Shown here: positions 40,960-51,136 of the stretch, one piece after another
Numbering within the stretch: position 1 is the stretch's first letter
Layout: every line of letters starts with the position of its first letter
Assembly (NCBI GenBank): GCA_963841935.1
Contig: CAWJEP010000004.1
Coordinates: 14,975-78,974, forward strand
Source of the DNA: an uncultured bacterium
GTDB taxonomy: Bacteria > Patescibacteriota > Minisyncoccia > Phycocordibacterales > UBA6065
Direction: 5' to 3'
Length of the DNA stretch: 64,000 nt
Notes under the pieces: model-generated
What the model saw: the letters and a program-made list of their open reading frames with translations, nothing else
Database searches by the model: none
Told to the model about the DNA's origin: nothing
Program-made: the position numbers and the translations under genes

Positions 40960-41527
40960 ATGAACGACAAAACCATTGAGACAATATTCGGTTCGGCGGA
41001 TCGAGTGAAAATTATCAGGATATTTGTTTTTAATCCGGAAAAGATATTTCTCGTCGACTTTGTCGGCGAGAAAGTGTTTCTGACCAAGGCTCGCGCTCAA
41101 AAAGAAACAAAAAACCTCGAAAGAGCGGGACTTCTCGTACCGGAAAGGCCAGCGGTTTTACTCTCAACAAAAGTTCGCAGCTACCTTTCGCCGCTTCAGG
41201 AATTTCTCCCGGCGACCAATCCGACGGCAAAGAGGAAATCGTGAAGAAGCTTTCGGCGGTGGGAAAGATAAAACTTGTCGATTCTTTCCGGAGTATTCAT
41301 TCGAAACCCCGAAAGCCGCCTCGACCTTCTCGTCGTCGGCGACAAAATCAACAAAACTCGGCTCTCGGGCGTCCTTAAATCGATTGAATCCGGAAATCGG
41401 CAAAGAACTCTTGTTCTCCGTCTTTGACAGGGCGGATTTCAAATACCGTTTGGATATGAAAGATAAGCTTGTAATGGATGTTTTGGACTTTCCTCACGAG
41501 AAAATAGTGAATAAACTGGGGATTTAG
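40960..41527 (+). CDS. Winged-helix plus nucleotidyltransferase-like protein; several frameshifts
   Basis: IFGS.DRVKIIRIF.FNP; later SGVFI....RLDLLVVGD and DFKYRLDMKDKLV in shifted frames. Confidence 0.6.
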
Positions 41528-41617
41528 GCGGAACAAGGTGTGGATAAACAAAGGCCAAAAAACCTGTAGAATAGAGGAGGTCTCGAAAATTATAGGTAAT
41601 TTATTTGTAAGGTATAT

Positions 41618-42307
41618 ATGATAATTCAAACATGGGGCGATTCGCTCACCGGCGCTTTCCAGTCTATCTGGTACGGCGTGGCGGCTTTCGTTCCGAATCT
41701 CATAGCGGCGGTTATCATCCTTATTATTGGATGGATAGTCGCGGCGCTTCTCGGCCGCCTTGTTTCCCAAATCATCAAGGCAATCAAAGTTGACACGGCT
41801 CTCGAGTCGGCGGGTTTCGGCAACGTGGTCAAGCGCGCTGGCTTCAATCTCGATTCTGGCGCCTTCCTCGGCGGCTTGGTAAAGTGGTTCGTCATCGTGG
41901 CTTTCCTCGTGGCGGCCTTCCAAGTTCTCGGCCTGACGCAGGTCAACGCTTTCCTTCAGGAAGTCGTCCTTCTCTATTTGCCGCAAGTCATCGTAGCGGT
42001 GCTTATCGTCCTCGTGGCGGTAGTCGTCGCCGATGCCATGCAGAAAGTCGTGACCGGAGCGGCTCGCGCGGCTCACATCAAAGCGGCGAATTTCGCCGGC
42101 TCTCTCACGAAATGGGCTATTTGGATCTTCGCTTTTCTCATTGCTCTTGAGCAATTGGGTATAGCGGTTGGATTCATCCAGACTCTTTTCACCGGCGTAG
42201 TAGTGGCTCTCTCGCTCGCTTTCGGCCTTTCATTCGGTCTCGGCGGTCAGGAGGCCGCTTCTCACTGGATTGCGAAATTCAGAAGCGAAATCTCCGACAG
42301 GATGTAG
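41618..42307 (+). CDS. TM-helix repeat protein (MscS/CmpX-related)
   Basis: FVPNLIAAVIIL, YLPQVIVAVLI, LAFGLSFGLGG. Confidence 0.8.
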   Translation: MIIQTWGDSLTGAFQSIWYGVAAFVPNLIAAVIILIIGWIVAALLGRLVSQIIKAIKVDTALESAGFGNVVKRAGFNLDSGAFLGGLVKWFVIVAFLVAAFQVLGLTQVNAFLQEVVLLYLPQVIVAVLIVLVAVVVADAMQKVVTGAARAAHIKAANFAGSLTKWAIWIFAFLIALEQLGIAVGFIQTLFTGVVVALSLAFGLSFGLGGQEAASHWIAKFRSEISDRM

Positions 42308-42435
42308 TTTGTCGTGGTTTTAGGCAAAAAAGCCGCGCCGTCGCCTCAGGGCGACGGCGCGGCTTGCTATATGAAGCCTTGTTTGCTACTATGATTTTCA
42401 AAGCTTTTCCGAAAGCTTTTTGTTTTTCTCTATAT

Positions 42436-42621
42436 ATGGCAAAGACTTCCGTCGTCGCGCGGGCCAATAAAAAGCCCAAATTCTCCACGCGTATCGTCAA
42501 ACGCTGTTTTCGCTGCGGAAGGAAAAACGGCTACATGGGGGACTTTGGCGTCTGCCGCATCTGTTTCCGCGAACTCGCTAACGAAGGCGTCATTCCGGGC
42601 ATTAAGAAATCTTCTTGGTAA
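42436..42621 (+). CDS. rpsN: 30S ribosomal protein S14 (type Z)
   Basis: PKFSTR..RC..CGR, CRICFRE, IPGIKKSSW. Confidence 0.95.
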   Translation: MAKTSVVARANKKPKFSTRIVKRCFRCGRKNGYMGDFGVCRICFRELANEGVIPGIKKSSW

Positions 42622-42630
42622 TTTCCTAAT

Positions 42631-43023
42631 ATGACAGACCCGATTTCAGATTTAATCATCCGCATTCAGAACGCTTCCAGAGCGGGAAAGGAATCGGTCG
42701 CTGTGCTTGATTCAAATATGGCTTTCGCCGTTTTGGAAAAACTTTCGACTCGCGGATTTGTCGGAAAACCGAAGAGAGTATTGAAAGGAAAAATAAAAAC
42801 AATAGAGGTTGCTCTCGTTTACAAAGCCGACAAATCTCCCCGCATAAAGGGCGTGAAGCGCTATTCGAAACTTTCAAAGCGTCTCTACAAAGGTTTCCGC
42901 GAAATTCACAGCGTCAAGCAGGGCTTCGGCTCGATGATAGTTTCAACGCCTAAAGGCATTCTCGCCGACGACGAAGCCAGAAAGGAAAAAGTCGGCGGCG
43001 AAATTCTTTTCTCCATTTGGTAA
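42631..43023 (+). CDS. rpsH: 30S ribosomal protein S8
   Basis: MTDPISDL..RI.NA, VSTPKG, GGEIL. Confidence 0.96.
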   Translation: MTDPISDLIIRIQNASRAGKESVAVLDSNMAFAVLEKLSTRGFVGKPKRVLKGKIKTIEVALVYKADKSPRIKGVKRYSKLSKRLYKGFREIHSVKQGFGSMIVSTPKGILADDEARKEKVGGEILFSIW

Positions 43024-43036
43024 TTTAAATATTTTT

Positions 43037-43564
43037 ATGTCGCGCATAGGAAAAAAACCAATAACCCTTCCCGAAAAAACCACCGTCTCCGTGACGGAGC
43101 ATCTAGTCACGGTCAAAGGGCCTTTGGGCGAGCTCTCCCGCGTTGTGCCTTCGGGCATCAACATTGATATTAAGGAAAATGTCGTGACGGTTACCGCCCC
43201 GAATCCGGAGAAAGACGCTTTGTGGGGCACGATTACCGCTCACATAAGAAATATGGTCGCGGGCGTTAACAAACTATATGAAAAGAAACTCGTCGTTGAA
43301 GGCATCGGTTTCAAAGCCGATGTCAAAGGCACGGATCTCGTGATGGCTCTCGGATTTTCTCATCCGGTAGTCGTGCCGATTCCGAAAGGCCTCAAAGTTT
43401 TTTCGGATAAAAACGTCATTACGGTTTCCGGCATCGACAAGGAGCTCGTCGGCAATTTTACGGCATCGGTCAGGGCGATGAAAAAGCCGGAGCCGTACAA
43501 AGGCAAGGGTATTCATTATGAAGGCGAAGTTATCCGCCGAAAGCAGGGCAAGAAAGCGGCTTAA
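43037..43564 (+). CDS. rplF: 50S ribosomal protein L6
   Basis: MSRIGKKPI, LGFSHPV, PEPYKGKGI. Confidence 0.97.
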   Translation: MSRIGKKPITLPEKTTVSVTEHLVTVKGPLGELSRVVPSGINIDIKENVVTVTAPNPEKDALWGTITAHIRNMVAGVNKLYEKKLVVEGIGFKADVKGTDLVMALGFSHPVVVPIPKGLKVFSDKNVITVSGIDKELVGNFTASVRAMKKPEPYKGKGIHYEGEVIRRKQGKKAA

Positions 43565-43569
43565 AATTT

Positions 43570-43917
43570 ATGAAGAAAAACAGCAAAACAGAAAAAAAAG
43601 ACCGACGGCATGTGAAAATTCGCACGCGCGTTTTCGGCACGGCGGAGCGTCCGAGACTTTCCATTTTTAAGTCAAATAAATTTATGTACGCCCAGCTTAT
43701 CGACGACGAAGCGGGCAAGACTCTCGCCTCAGCTTCTTCCGTATCGCTTAAAAAAGGCACGAAGTCCGTTCAGGCGAAAGAAGTCGGCGCGCATATCGCT
43801 ACCAAAGCCAAAGCGGCGAAAATTTCCAAAGTCGTTTTTGATCGCGGCGGCTTTGCTTACAAAGGTCGAGTGAAAAATGTCGCGGAAGGCGCACGCGAGG
43901 GCGGACTTATATTTTAA
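43570..43917 (+). CDS. rplR: 50S ribosomal protein L18
   Basis: GTAERPRL, VVFDRGG, AREGGL. Confidence 0.97.
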   Translation: MKKNSKTEKKDRRHVKIRTRVFGTAERPRLSIFKSNKFMYAQLIDDEAGKTLASASSVSLKKGTKSVQAKEVGAHIATKAKAAKISKVVFDRGGFAYKGRVKNVAEGAREGGLIF

Positions 43918-43926
43918 TAATCATTT

Positions 43927-44575
43927 ATGACCGACGAAATCAAAAAAACAGAAAAAGAAGTTATCGTTCCGGTCGCTGAAGTGGAAGCGATAGTCGAAGA
44001 AGTTGCCGCTGTGGTTCCGGAGGTTGCGGCGGAGGTAAACGGGGCGGACCGCGGCAGACGTCCTGCGCGAGGCGGCCGTCGCGGCGGCAAAAAGCCGGAG
44101 CGCGGAGCTCGCACCAAGCCGGAATTCGACAACAAAATTCTCGCCATCAGGCGCGTGGCTCGCGTCGTCGCCGGCGGCCGCCGATTTAATTTTAGCGTTG
44201 CCCTGGTTGCCGGAGATAAAAAAGGCAAAGTGGGCGTTGGTTTGGGAAAAGCCGGCGACACGGCTTTAGCCATCGACAAAGCTCTTCGCGACGCCAAGAA
44301 ACACATGATAGTCGATAAACACCACGAAAGATATGTCCGTTCCGCACGAATCTTTCGCCAAATATTCGAGCGCTCGCGTCTCCATCGCGCCTTCGAAAGA
44401 CCGCGGACTCGTCGCGGGCTCTGCCGTGCGCACCGTGCTCGAACTCGCGGGGATTTCAAACGTCGTGGGGAAAATAGTTTCTCCTTCAAAAAACAAACTA
44501 AACATTGCCCGCGCGACGATCAAAGCGCTCGAAGGTCTCAATCTGGTAAAACCGCCGAGAGTTTCCGCCAAATAA
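43927..44575 (+). CDS. rpsE: 30S ribosomal protein S5; frameshift near 44315
   Basis: RVARVVAGGRRFNFS in ORF 43927; GLVAGSAVRTVLELAG..N.ARATIKAL in ORF 44333. Confidence 0.93.
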
Positions 44576-44587
44576 TTTCAAAATCAT

Positions 44588-45022
44588 ATGCAAATGAACA
44601 CCCTCAAACGAAATACAAAAAGAATGACCTCCCGCCAGAGAGGTCGTGGAGGCAAGCGCGGCAAAACCTCGGGCCGCGGTACGAAAGGCATGCTCGCGCG
44701 CGCCGGCTACAAACGCCGACCGGAAATGCGCGACATCATAAAGAGATTGCCGAAACTTCGCGGTTACGCTTTCAACAGCTTTCAGAAAAAAGTTTCCATC
44801 GTTTCTCTCGATTTGCTAGAAAAGCATTTCAAATCCGGCGCCGAAGTTTCTCCGGCGACACTTCTCTCCGCCGGCCTCATAAAGAAAGAGAGCGGCATCT
44901 TTCCCCGAATCAAAATTCTGTCCGACGGCGAAATCGGGAAGAAACTTTCAGTCTCAGGATGCGCAGTTTCGAAAGGCGCGAAAGAAAAAATAGAAAAAGC
45001 CGGCGGAAGCGTTAGTCAATAA
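44588..45022 (+). CDS. rplO: 50S ribosomal protein L15
   Basis: GRGGKRGKTSGRGTKG, RLPKLRG, KIEKAGG. Confidence 0.96.
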   Translation: MQMNTLKRNTKRMTSRQRGRGGKRGKTSGRGTKGMLARAGYKRRPEMRDIIKRLPKLRGYAFNSFQKKVSIVSLDLLEKHFKSGAEVSPATLLSAGLIKKESGIFPRIKILSDGEIGKKLSVSGCAVSKGAKEKIEKAGGSVSQ

Positions 45023-45026
45023 AACA

Positions 45027-46298
45027 ATGGACGTATTTTTCAAAAAACTTTCTCTCATTTGGCACGACAAGGAGCTTCGGAAACGCCTGCTTTTCATTTT
45101 TCTAATTTTGGCGATTTTCAGACTCCTGACCACCATTCCCATTCCGGGCATTGACCCCACGCGACTCGCGACCTTGATAGGCAACAGCCAATTTTTGGGA
45201 CTTCTAAACCTTTTCTCCGGCGGCGGTCTCTCAAATCTCTCCATAATGATGCTCGGCGTCGGACCTTACATTACGGCCACCATCATAATGCAGCTTTTGA
45301 CCCTTATGTCGCCGAAACTCAAGGCAATGTATCAGGAAGAAGGCGAAGCTGGCAGAGCAAAATTCTCCCAGTATTCGCGCATTCTCACTTTACCTCTCGC
45401 CCTTCTTCAAGCCACGGGTTTTCTCATACTTTTACAGCGCGAAAGCGTCGTTTCCTCGCTTTCGATATTCAGTTTTGTTACCAACATCATCGTAATTGCC
45501 GGCGGTTCGATGCTTCTTATGTGGCTCGGCGAAATGATAACGGAGTTTGGCGTCGGTAACGGCGTCTCGCTCATCATCTTTGCCGGCATCATCGCGCGAC
45601 TGCCGACGGCGCTCTCCGGCGTCGCGGCGACTTACGACCCGTCGCAACTTCCTCTTTACGTCGCGCTCATCGCTTTGTCGCTCGCGGTCATTTACGCCGT
45701 TGTCTACGTGACGGAAGCGGAGCGTCCGGTGCCGGTGACTTATGCCAAACAGGTGAGAGGTCAGAAAGTTTACGGCGGCGTTTCCACCTATATTCCTCTT
45801 CGCGTCAATCAAGCCGGCGTTATTCCGATTATCTTCGCTCTATCCATACTGCTTTTTCCGCAAATGATTTTTAACTTCTTCGCCACTTCCACGAACGCTA
45901 TTTTGGCGAACATTTCCAATATTGGTCTCTCAATCGTGAACAACCCGTGGCTTTACGACACCGGTTATTTCATTCTCGTCTTCCTCTTTACCTATTTCTA
46001 CACGGCCGTGACTTTCGACCCAGTTGTCATATCAGAAAACCTCCAGAGAAGCGGTGCCTTTGTTCCCGGAGTGCGTCCCGGACACCCGACGGCGGAATAT
46101 CTTTCCAAAATCGTCACCCGTATTACCATGGTCGGCGCTATATTTCTCGGTATTATCGCCGTATTGCCTCTCATCCTTCGTTCCACGACCGGTAACGCTT
46201 CGTTTGCCATCGGCGGCACGGCCCTCCTCATCGTCGTCTCTGTCGTCATTGACCTCGTGAAAAACGTCGACGCCCAAGTCTCGATGCGCGAGTACTAA
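45027..46298 (+). CDS. secY: Preprotein translocase SecY
   Basis: LGVGPYITA, GNGVSLIIFAG, GVIPIIFA, PGVRPG, GGTALLIVV. Confidence 0.98.
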   Translation: MDVFFKKLSLIWHDKELRKRLLFIFLILAIFRLLTTIPIPGIDPTRLATLIGNSQFLGLLNLFSGGGLSNLSIMMLGVGPYITATIIMQLLTLMSPKLKAMYQEEGEAGRAKFSQYSRILTLPLALLQATGFLILLQRESVVSSLSIFSFVTNIIVIAGGSMLLMWLGEMITEFGVGNGVSLIIFAGIIARLPTALSGVAATYDPSQLPLYVALIALSLAVIYAVVYVTEAERPVPVTYAKQVRGQKVYGGVSTYIPLRVNQAGVIPIIFALSILLFPQMIFNFFATSTNAILANISNIGLSIVNNPWLYDTGYFILVFLFTYFYTAVTFDPVVISENLQRSGAFVPGVRPGHPTAEYLSKIVTRITMVGAIFLGIIAVLPLILRSTTGNASFAIGGTALLIVVSVVIDLVKNVDAQVSMREY

Positions 46299-46321
46299 TT
46301 TTCGGTTACACTTATAGGCGT

Positions 46322-46912
46322 ATGAAACAAATCACATGCGTCTTTTTTGGACGGAGCGGTTCCGGCAAAGGCACCCAGGCGGATTTGCTTTTGAGATATC
46401 TCGCGGAACACGACCCGGAAAGAAAAACTCTCTACGTCGAAACGGGTCAGCGCTTCCGTGATTTTGCCAAAAAGAAAAACTATACTTCCGGCAAAGTCAG
46501 GGAAGTTTTGGCGGCGGGCAAATTTAATCCGCCGTTTCTGCCCATATGGAACTGGACCGGATTTCTCGTGGAAAATTTTACCGGCAAGGAGCACTTGGTT
46601 TTCGACGGCGTCTGCCGCATGCCGGAAGAGGCGCCGGTATTCGATTCGGCTCTGCAGTTTTATGGTTTGGAAAAGCCGGTAATAATTCTTCTTGAAGTGC
46701 CACACACGGAAGTGAAAAAACGATTACTCAAGCGCGGTCGGTCTGACGATACCGACGAAAGAATAGACGAGAGACTTCGTTCGTTTGAAGCCACGGCACA
46801 GCCAGCGGTTAAATATTTCGAGAAAGCTCCGAGCTGTAAGTTTGTCAGCATAAACGGCGACCAATCCATCGAGGCGGTTTTTGAAGAAGTTAAAAAAGCT
46901 CTCGGAATTTAA
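46322..46912 (+). CDS. adk: Adenylate kinase family protein
   Basis: GRSGSGKGTQA, FDG..R, RGRSDD; follows secY. Confidence 0.85.
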   Translation: MKQITCVFFGRSGSGKGTQADLLLRYLAEHDPERKTLYVETGQRFRDFAKKKNYTSGKVREVLAAGKFNPPFLPIWNWTGFLVENFTGKEHLVFDGVCRMPEEAPVFDSALQFYGLEKPVIILLEVPHTEVKKRLLKRGRSDDTDERIDERLRSFEATAQPAVKYFEKAPSCKFVSINGDQSIEAVFEEVKKALGI

Positions 46913-47686
46913 ATGGCAGTCATCATAAAAACTCAAGAAGAAATAGAAAAAATGCGCGAGGGTGGCAAGCGCCACGCGCGAATTTTGCGCGAACTCTCCA
47001 AACTCGTTAAGCCGGGGATTTCTTCGCAGGAATTGGAAAATACGGCTCTAGAACTCATTAAAAAGGAGGGCGGCAAGGCGTCTTTTCTCGGATATAAGCC
47101 GTGGGGAGCGAAGTACTCGTTTCCAGCGGCGCTTTGCGTTTCAATAAACGACGAAGTCGTTCACGGAATTCCAAACGGCAATTCGTCAAAAATCTTGCGA
47201 GAAGGCGATATTGTCTCTCTCGACCTTGGGTTTACTTACAAAGGTCTCATTACCGACGCCGCCATCACGGTCGGCGTCGGTAGAATAAATCCGCAAGCGA
47301 AAAAACTTTTGGCGACGACCGAAGAAGCTATGTACGCCGGAATAAAAAAAGCAAAAGTAGGAAACACTACGGGCGATATTGGAGCGGCGGTTTTCGCCGT
47401 CGGCAAAAAAGCCGGATTCGGCGTCGTGGACATTCTCTCCGGCCATGGCGTCGGCAGATTCGTCCACGAAGACCCCTACGTGCCGAATTTCGGAGAAAAA
47501 GGCGAGGGCGAAGTTTTGAAAGGCGGAATGACCATCGCCGTCGAGCCGATGTTTAATCTCGGCACGAAAGAAATTATTTTGGAAAAAGACGGTTACACTT
47601 TTCGCACCGCGGACAAAAAAATGTCGGCGCATTTCGAGCACACTATTTTAATTACGGAAAAAGGCGCGGAGATTTTAACAAAATAA
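46913..47686 (+). CDS. map: Methionine aminopeptidase type I
   Basis: SINDEVVHGIP, GHGVG..VHEDP, EPM, SAHFEHT. Confidence 0.97.
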   Translation: MAVIIKTQEEIEKMREGGKRHARILRELSKLVKPGISSQELENTALELIKKEGGKASFLGYKPWGAKYSFPAALCVSINDEVVHGIPNGNSSKILREGDIVSLDLGFTYKGLITDAAITVGVGRINPQAKKLLATTEEAMYAGIKKAKVGNTTGDIGAAVFAVGKKAGFGVVDILSGHGVGRFVHEDPYVPNFGEKGEGEVLKGGMTIAVEPMFNLGTKEIILEKDGYTFRTADKKMSAHFEHTILITEKGAEILTK

Positions 47687-47757
47687 AATCGGGTATTTTT
47701 TCGCTTGTGCGCTCCGCTCCGACTTACGCGCTCAAAAATACCCAATTTTATTTTGTT
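47677..47757. repeat. Palindromic element copy 2
   Basis: 47677-47700 pairs with 47734-47757 (23/24); core nearly identical to 131-179. Confidence 0.9.
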
Positions 47758-47777
47758 TATGTTAGTATATAAATTCT

Positions 47778-48389
47778 ATGAAACACCCAAAAGAAGAACG
47801 GACGCTTATTATTGTGAAACCCGACGCGGTACAGAGAAATCTGATTGGGGAAATAATTTCCAGATTCGAAAAACTCGGCCTCAAAATCGCCGCGATTAAA
47901 ATGCTTGTGCCGACGGTGGAGCACGTGGAGGCGCATTATACCCTGGACCCGCAGTGGCGTCGGATTACGGGAGAAAAAACCATAAAAGCTTACACCGACA
48001 GGGGACTCAAGCATCCCGTTAGCGACGACCCGATAAAAGTCACCGAAATAATTTTGCAGAAACTCAAGGATTACATAGCCAGCGGTCCCGTCATACCGAT
48101 AGTTTTGGAAGGAGCGCACGCGGTGGAGGTCGTTCGCAAGCTTGTCGGCGGCACGGAGCCCCTCCGTGCCGCCGCGGTCGGCACTATCCGCGGAGATTTC
48201 GCTTTAGATTCGTATTCTATGGCCGACACGGACGGCCGCTCCGTAAGAAATCTAATTCACGCCTCCGGAAGCGTCGCCGAAGCGGATAAAGAAATCAAAC
48301 ATTGGTTCAAAAAAGAGGAAATCATCGACTATAAACTCGTGATGGAGGACATTCTATACGGCAAGAACCTTGACGGACTGCTTAAATAG
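47778..48389 (+). CDS. ndk: Nucleoside diphosphate kinase
   Basis: ERTLIIVKPDAVQR, GTIRGDF, NLIHASGS. Confidence 0.95.
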   Translation: MKHPKEERTLIIVKPDAVQRNLIGEIISRFEKLGLKIAAIKMLVPTVEHVEAHYTLDPQWRRITGEKTIKAYTDRGLKHPVSDDPIKVTEIILQKLKDYIASGPVIPIVLEGAHAVEVVRKLVGGTEPLRAAAVGTIRGDFALDSYSMADTDGRSVRNLIHASGSVAEADKEIKHWFKKEEIIDYKLVMEDILYGKNLDGLLK

Positions 48390-48454
48390 TTTTTGACTGT
48401 TTTTTTCGTATTTATCCACGTATCTTTTTTGAAAACTATTGCTTATAATTAGGC

Positions 48455-48594
48455 GGGTCAGAGAAGTGGTGTTCTATAAACCATTTTAAGGGATAGTCGT
48501 ATCGTGATGAGTTCAGTGAGCACCTTCGGGAGTTCTAAGAAACATTCGTGTGACAACCCACCTAGATTTTCTAGGGCGACCACTTCATGACCCC
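48455..48594 (+). ncRNA. ssrS: Candidate 6S RNA (short)
   Basis: Closing stem gggtca-gaagtggt/accacttc-tgaccc, central bubble, apical UUCG hairpin; TATAAT at 48444; terminator 48597-48636. Confidence 0.7.
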
Positions 48595-48656
48595 TCGAAA
48601 AAGCCCGATTTGCCCGCCGGCAAATCGGGCTTTTTCATTTCTGCTATACTTTCTCA

Positions 48657-49055
48657 ATGTTTTGGAATAAATATCTCTTGCCGTCCATCGTCGTGTTGCT
48701 TTGTATGGCCACGCTTCATCTTTTGTTCATTAAATTCTACATATATTGGACACTGCGATGGGTGGACATTCCGGTTCACATCCTCGCCGGAATTTGGGTA
48801 GTCCTGACTTTGGCGTGGATTCTCGGATGGTTAAAACCGGAGATTGAAATTCCTTTTTTTCGCGCGATTATTTGGGGACTCATCGTCGGCGGTCTTTGGG
48901 AAATCGGCGAACTAACGCTCGGAATCAATTTGGCGACCGCTCATGGATATGTCGCCGACACGATAAAAGATTTGACCGACGATGTTATCGGCGCCGCTTG
49001 CGGATTTTTCGTTGTATCATGGATGAATCGGAACAACGGCTTAAAAAACAAATGA
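48657..49055 (+). CDS. Four-TM membrane protein (VanZ-like)
   Basis: WVDIPVHILAG, LWEIGE, DTIKDL.DD.IG. Confidence 0.7.
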   Translation: MFWNKYLLPSIVVLLCMATLHLLFIKFYIYWTLRWVDIPVHILAGIWVVLTLAWILGWLKPEIEIPFFRAIIWGLIVGGLWEIGELTLGINLATAHGYVADTIKDLTDDVIGAACGFFVVSWMNRNNGLKNK

Positions 49056-50425
49056 AACCATTTGGAAAAATAACATTTCTCGGCGGTGCGGGGGAAGCGA
49101 CGGGTTCCCATTTTATTTTTGACGTTTTGGGACATAGATACGCTGTAGATTGCGGCATAGTCCAAGGCGAAAGGTTCGCCAACGAAGAAAATTCAAAAGT
49201 TTTTCCGTACGACGTGTCGAAACTCGAAGCTTTAATCGTCACCCACGCTCACACCGACCACATCGGCAGGATTCCGAAACTCGTGGCTCAAGGTTTCAAG
49301 GGACCGATTTATTCCACGGCGGCGACGAAAGAACTTTCTTCCGCTACTTTCGACGACGCGGTAAAAATAATGACGATGGAGGCCCGAGAACTTCACAAAG
49401 AACCTCTTTATACTGGAGCAGATGTCGCGGCGGCGCTTTCGGTGTGGAAAACGGTAGATTATCACGCGCCACTGACGCTCGCACAGGGAATATCTTTCGA
49501 ACTGAAAGATTCCGGACACATTTTGGGTTCAGCGATTGTCGAGTTCTCTGTGCAATCCGAAGAAAAAATCCATAAAGTCGTCTTTACCGGCGACCTTGGC
49601 AATTCGCCATCGCTTCTTTTGCCTGATACCGAAGTCATAAATGACGCGGAGTATATGGTTATGGAAAGCGTTTATGGCGACAGGAACCATGAGCCGGCGG
49701 CCGAGCGCGACGAGACTTTCGCTAAAGCGGTCGTCGAGACAATCGCGCGAGGCGGCACGGTCATCATTCCGGCTTTTTCCATCGAACGGACGCAAGTTTT
49801 GCTCTACAGCATCGAGAAACTTTTTGAAAGCGGCAGACTTCCGAGCGTGCCGGTATTTCTCGACTCACCGCTCGCTTTAAAGGTGACGCACGTCTATGAA
49901 GAGAATACGAATCTTTTTAACGACGCGGCGCGACAAGCGGCACAGGGCCACGACCTTTTCAATTTCAAAAATCTGACGGTAGTCCGAACACCGGTGGAAT
50001 CGGCGGCGATTCACGAAAACCAGGGACCGAAAATAATTCTAGCGGGAAGCGGTATGTCGGTGGGCGGCCGAGTAATCTCTCACGAAAAGTATTATCTGGG
50101 TGACGCGAACTCCGCCATCGTATTTGTCGGCTACCAAGCCGCCGGTTCGCTTGGTCGTCGCATTGCCGACGGAGAAAAAAATGTGACAATCGACAATGTT
50201 CCCGTGACTATCCGCGCCAAAATTGTCCAAATCGACGGCTTCTCGGCGCATAAAGACAGCGACCACCTCCTCGAATTTGTTTCTCATTCGCAGAAAACGC
50301 TCAAAAAAGTTTTCGTCTGTATGGGCGAGCTTTCAAGTGAGACGTTTCTTGCTCAAAAAATCAGGGACAATTTAAATATCATCGCCGTCGTGCCCGAAGA
50401 AGGAAGCAATGCAGAGCTTGAATAA
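49052..50425 (+). CDS. MBL-fold beta-CASP ribonuclease family protein
   Basis: THAHTDHIGR, SGHILGS, FTGDLG, ESVYGDR, FSAH. Confidence 0.92.
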   Translation: MKPFGKITFLGGAGEATGSHFIFDVLGHRYAVDCGIVQGERFANEENSKVFPYDVSKLEALIVTHAHTDHIGRIPKLVAQGFKGPIYSTAATKELSSATFDDAVKIMTMEARELHKEPLYTGADVAAALSVWKTVDYHAPLTLAQGISFELKDSGHILGSAIVEFSVQSEEKIHKVVFTGDLGNSPSLLLPDTEVINDAEYMVMESVYGDRNHEPAAERDETFAKAVVETIARGGTVIIPAFSIERTQVLLYSIEKLFESGRLPSVPVFLDSPLALKVTHVYEENTNLFNDAARQAAQGHDLFNFKNLTVVRTPVESAAIHENQGPKIILAGSGMSVGGRVISHEKYYLGDANSAIVFVGYQAAGSLGRRIADGEKNVTIDNVPVTIRAKIVQIDGFSAHKDSDHLLEFVSHSQKTLKKVFVCMGELSSETFLAQKIRDNLNIIAVVPEEGSNAELE

Positions 50426-50448
50426 TTTTCTCGTGATATATTGAAATC

Positions 50449-51102
50449 ATGAAAAGGATATATCTCGTCCGCCATGGGGAAAGCGAGGGAAATCTCGGAC
50501 CGTTCCGGCAAGGAGCAGACACTCCACTCTCGCCGACAGGAATCAAGCAGGCGGAGTTTGTCGCAAAACGCTTTGAAGTCATTTCAATCGATCGGGTGAT
50601 TGCTAGTACTTACCAACGTGCCAAGCATACCGCTGAAATCATAAACAAAATCATCAACAAACCGATAGAATATTCGGATCTTATCGTGGAAAGAAAAAGG
50701 CCTTCCGTGATCGTCGGCAAGCTAAAAGATGATCCCGAGGTTCTCAAGATAGAAGCTCTTATAAAGGAACATTTTCATTCTCCTGACTGGAGGTATTCGG
50801 ACGAAGAAAGTTTCAGTGATCTCAAGAATCGAGCCCTTGAAACAATAAAATATTTAGAAGGGTGTAAAGAAGAAAATATACTTCTGGTCACTCACGGGAT
50901 CTTCTCCAGGATGATTGCCAGCTGCATTATCATGGGAAAAGAACTTACCTCTCATGAATATCATAATTTATCCTTATCTCTAACCACCGATAATACGGGC
51001 ATCTCATTGTTGGAGAGGTGGGATGAATCAAAATACGATCACCCGTGGACGATTGCCACGTGGAATGATCATGAACACATTGGGGACGGGGAGGAGATAT
51101 GA
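50449..51102 (+). CDS. Histidine phosphatase family protein
   Basis: LVRHGES, RA.HTA, LVTHG. Confidence 0.92.
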   Translation: MKRIYLVRHGESEGNLGPFRQGADTPLSPTGIKQAEFVAKRFEVISIDRVIASTYQRAKHTAEIINKIINKPIEYSDLIVERKRPSVIVGKLKDDPEVLKIEALIKEHFHSPDWRYSDEESFSDLKNRALETIKYLEGCKEENILLVTHGIFSRMIASCIIMGKELTSHEYHNLSLSLTTDNTGISLLERWDESKYDHPWTIATWNDHEHIGDGEEI

Positions 51103-51136
51103 CTCAAAGAAATAATAAAACCGCCTTGAGGCGGTT

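Noticed and set aside
1391-44575. Programmed frameshifting or pseudogenisation of thyX, glyQS and rpsE
   Set aside because: Single indels in essential genes with both halves intact and no common slippery motif; sequencing or assembly error is more likely
43927-45015. 362-aa S5 fusion spanning rplO
   Set aside because: Product of the frameshift; the true S5 C-terminus is in ORF 44333-44575
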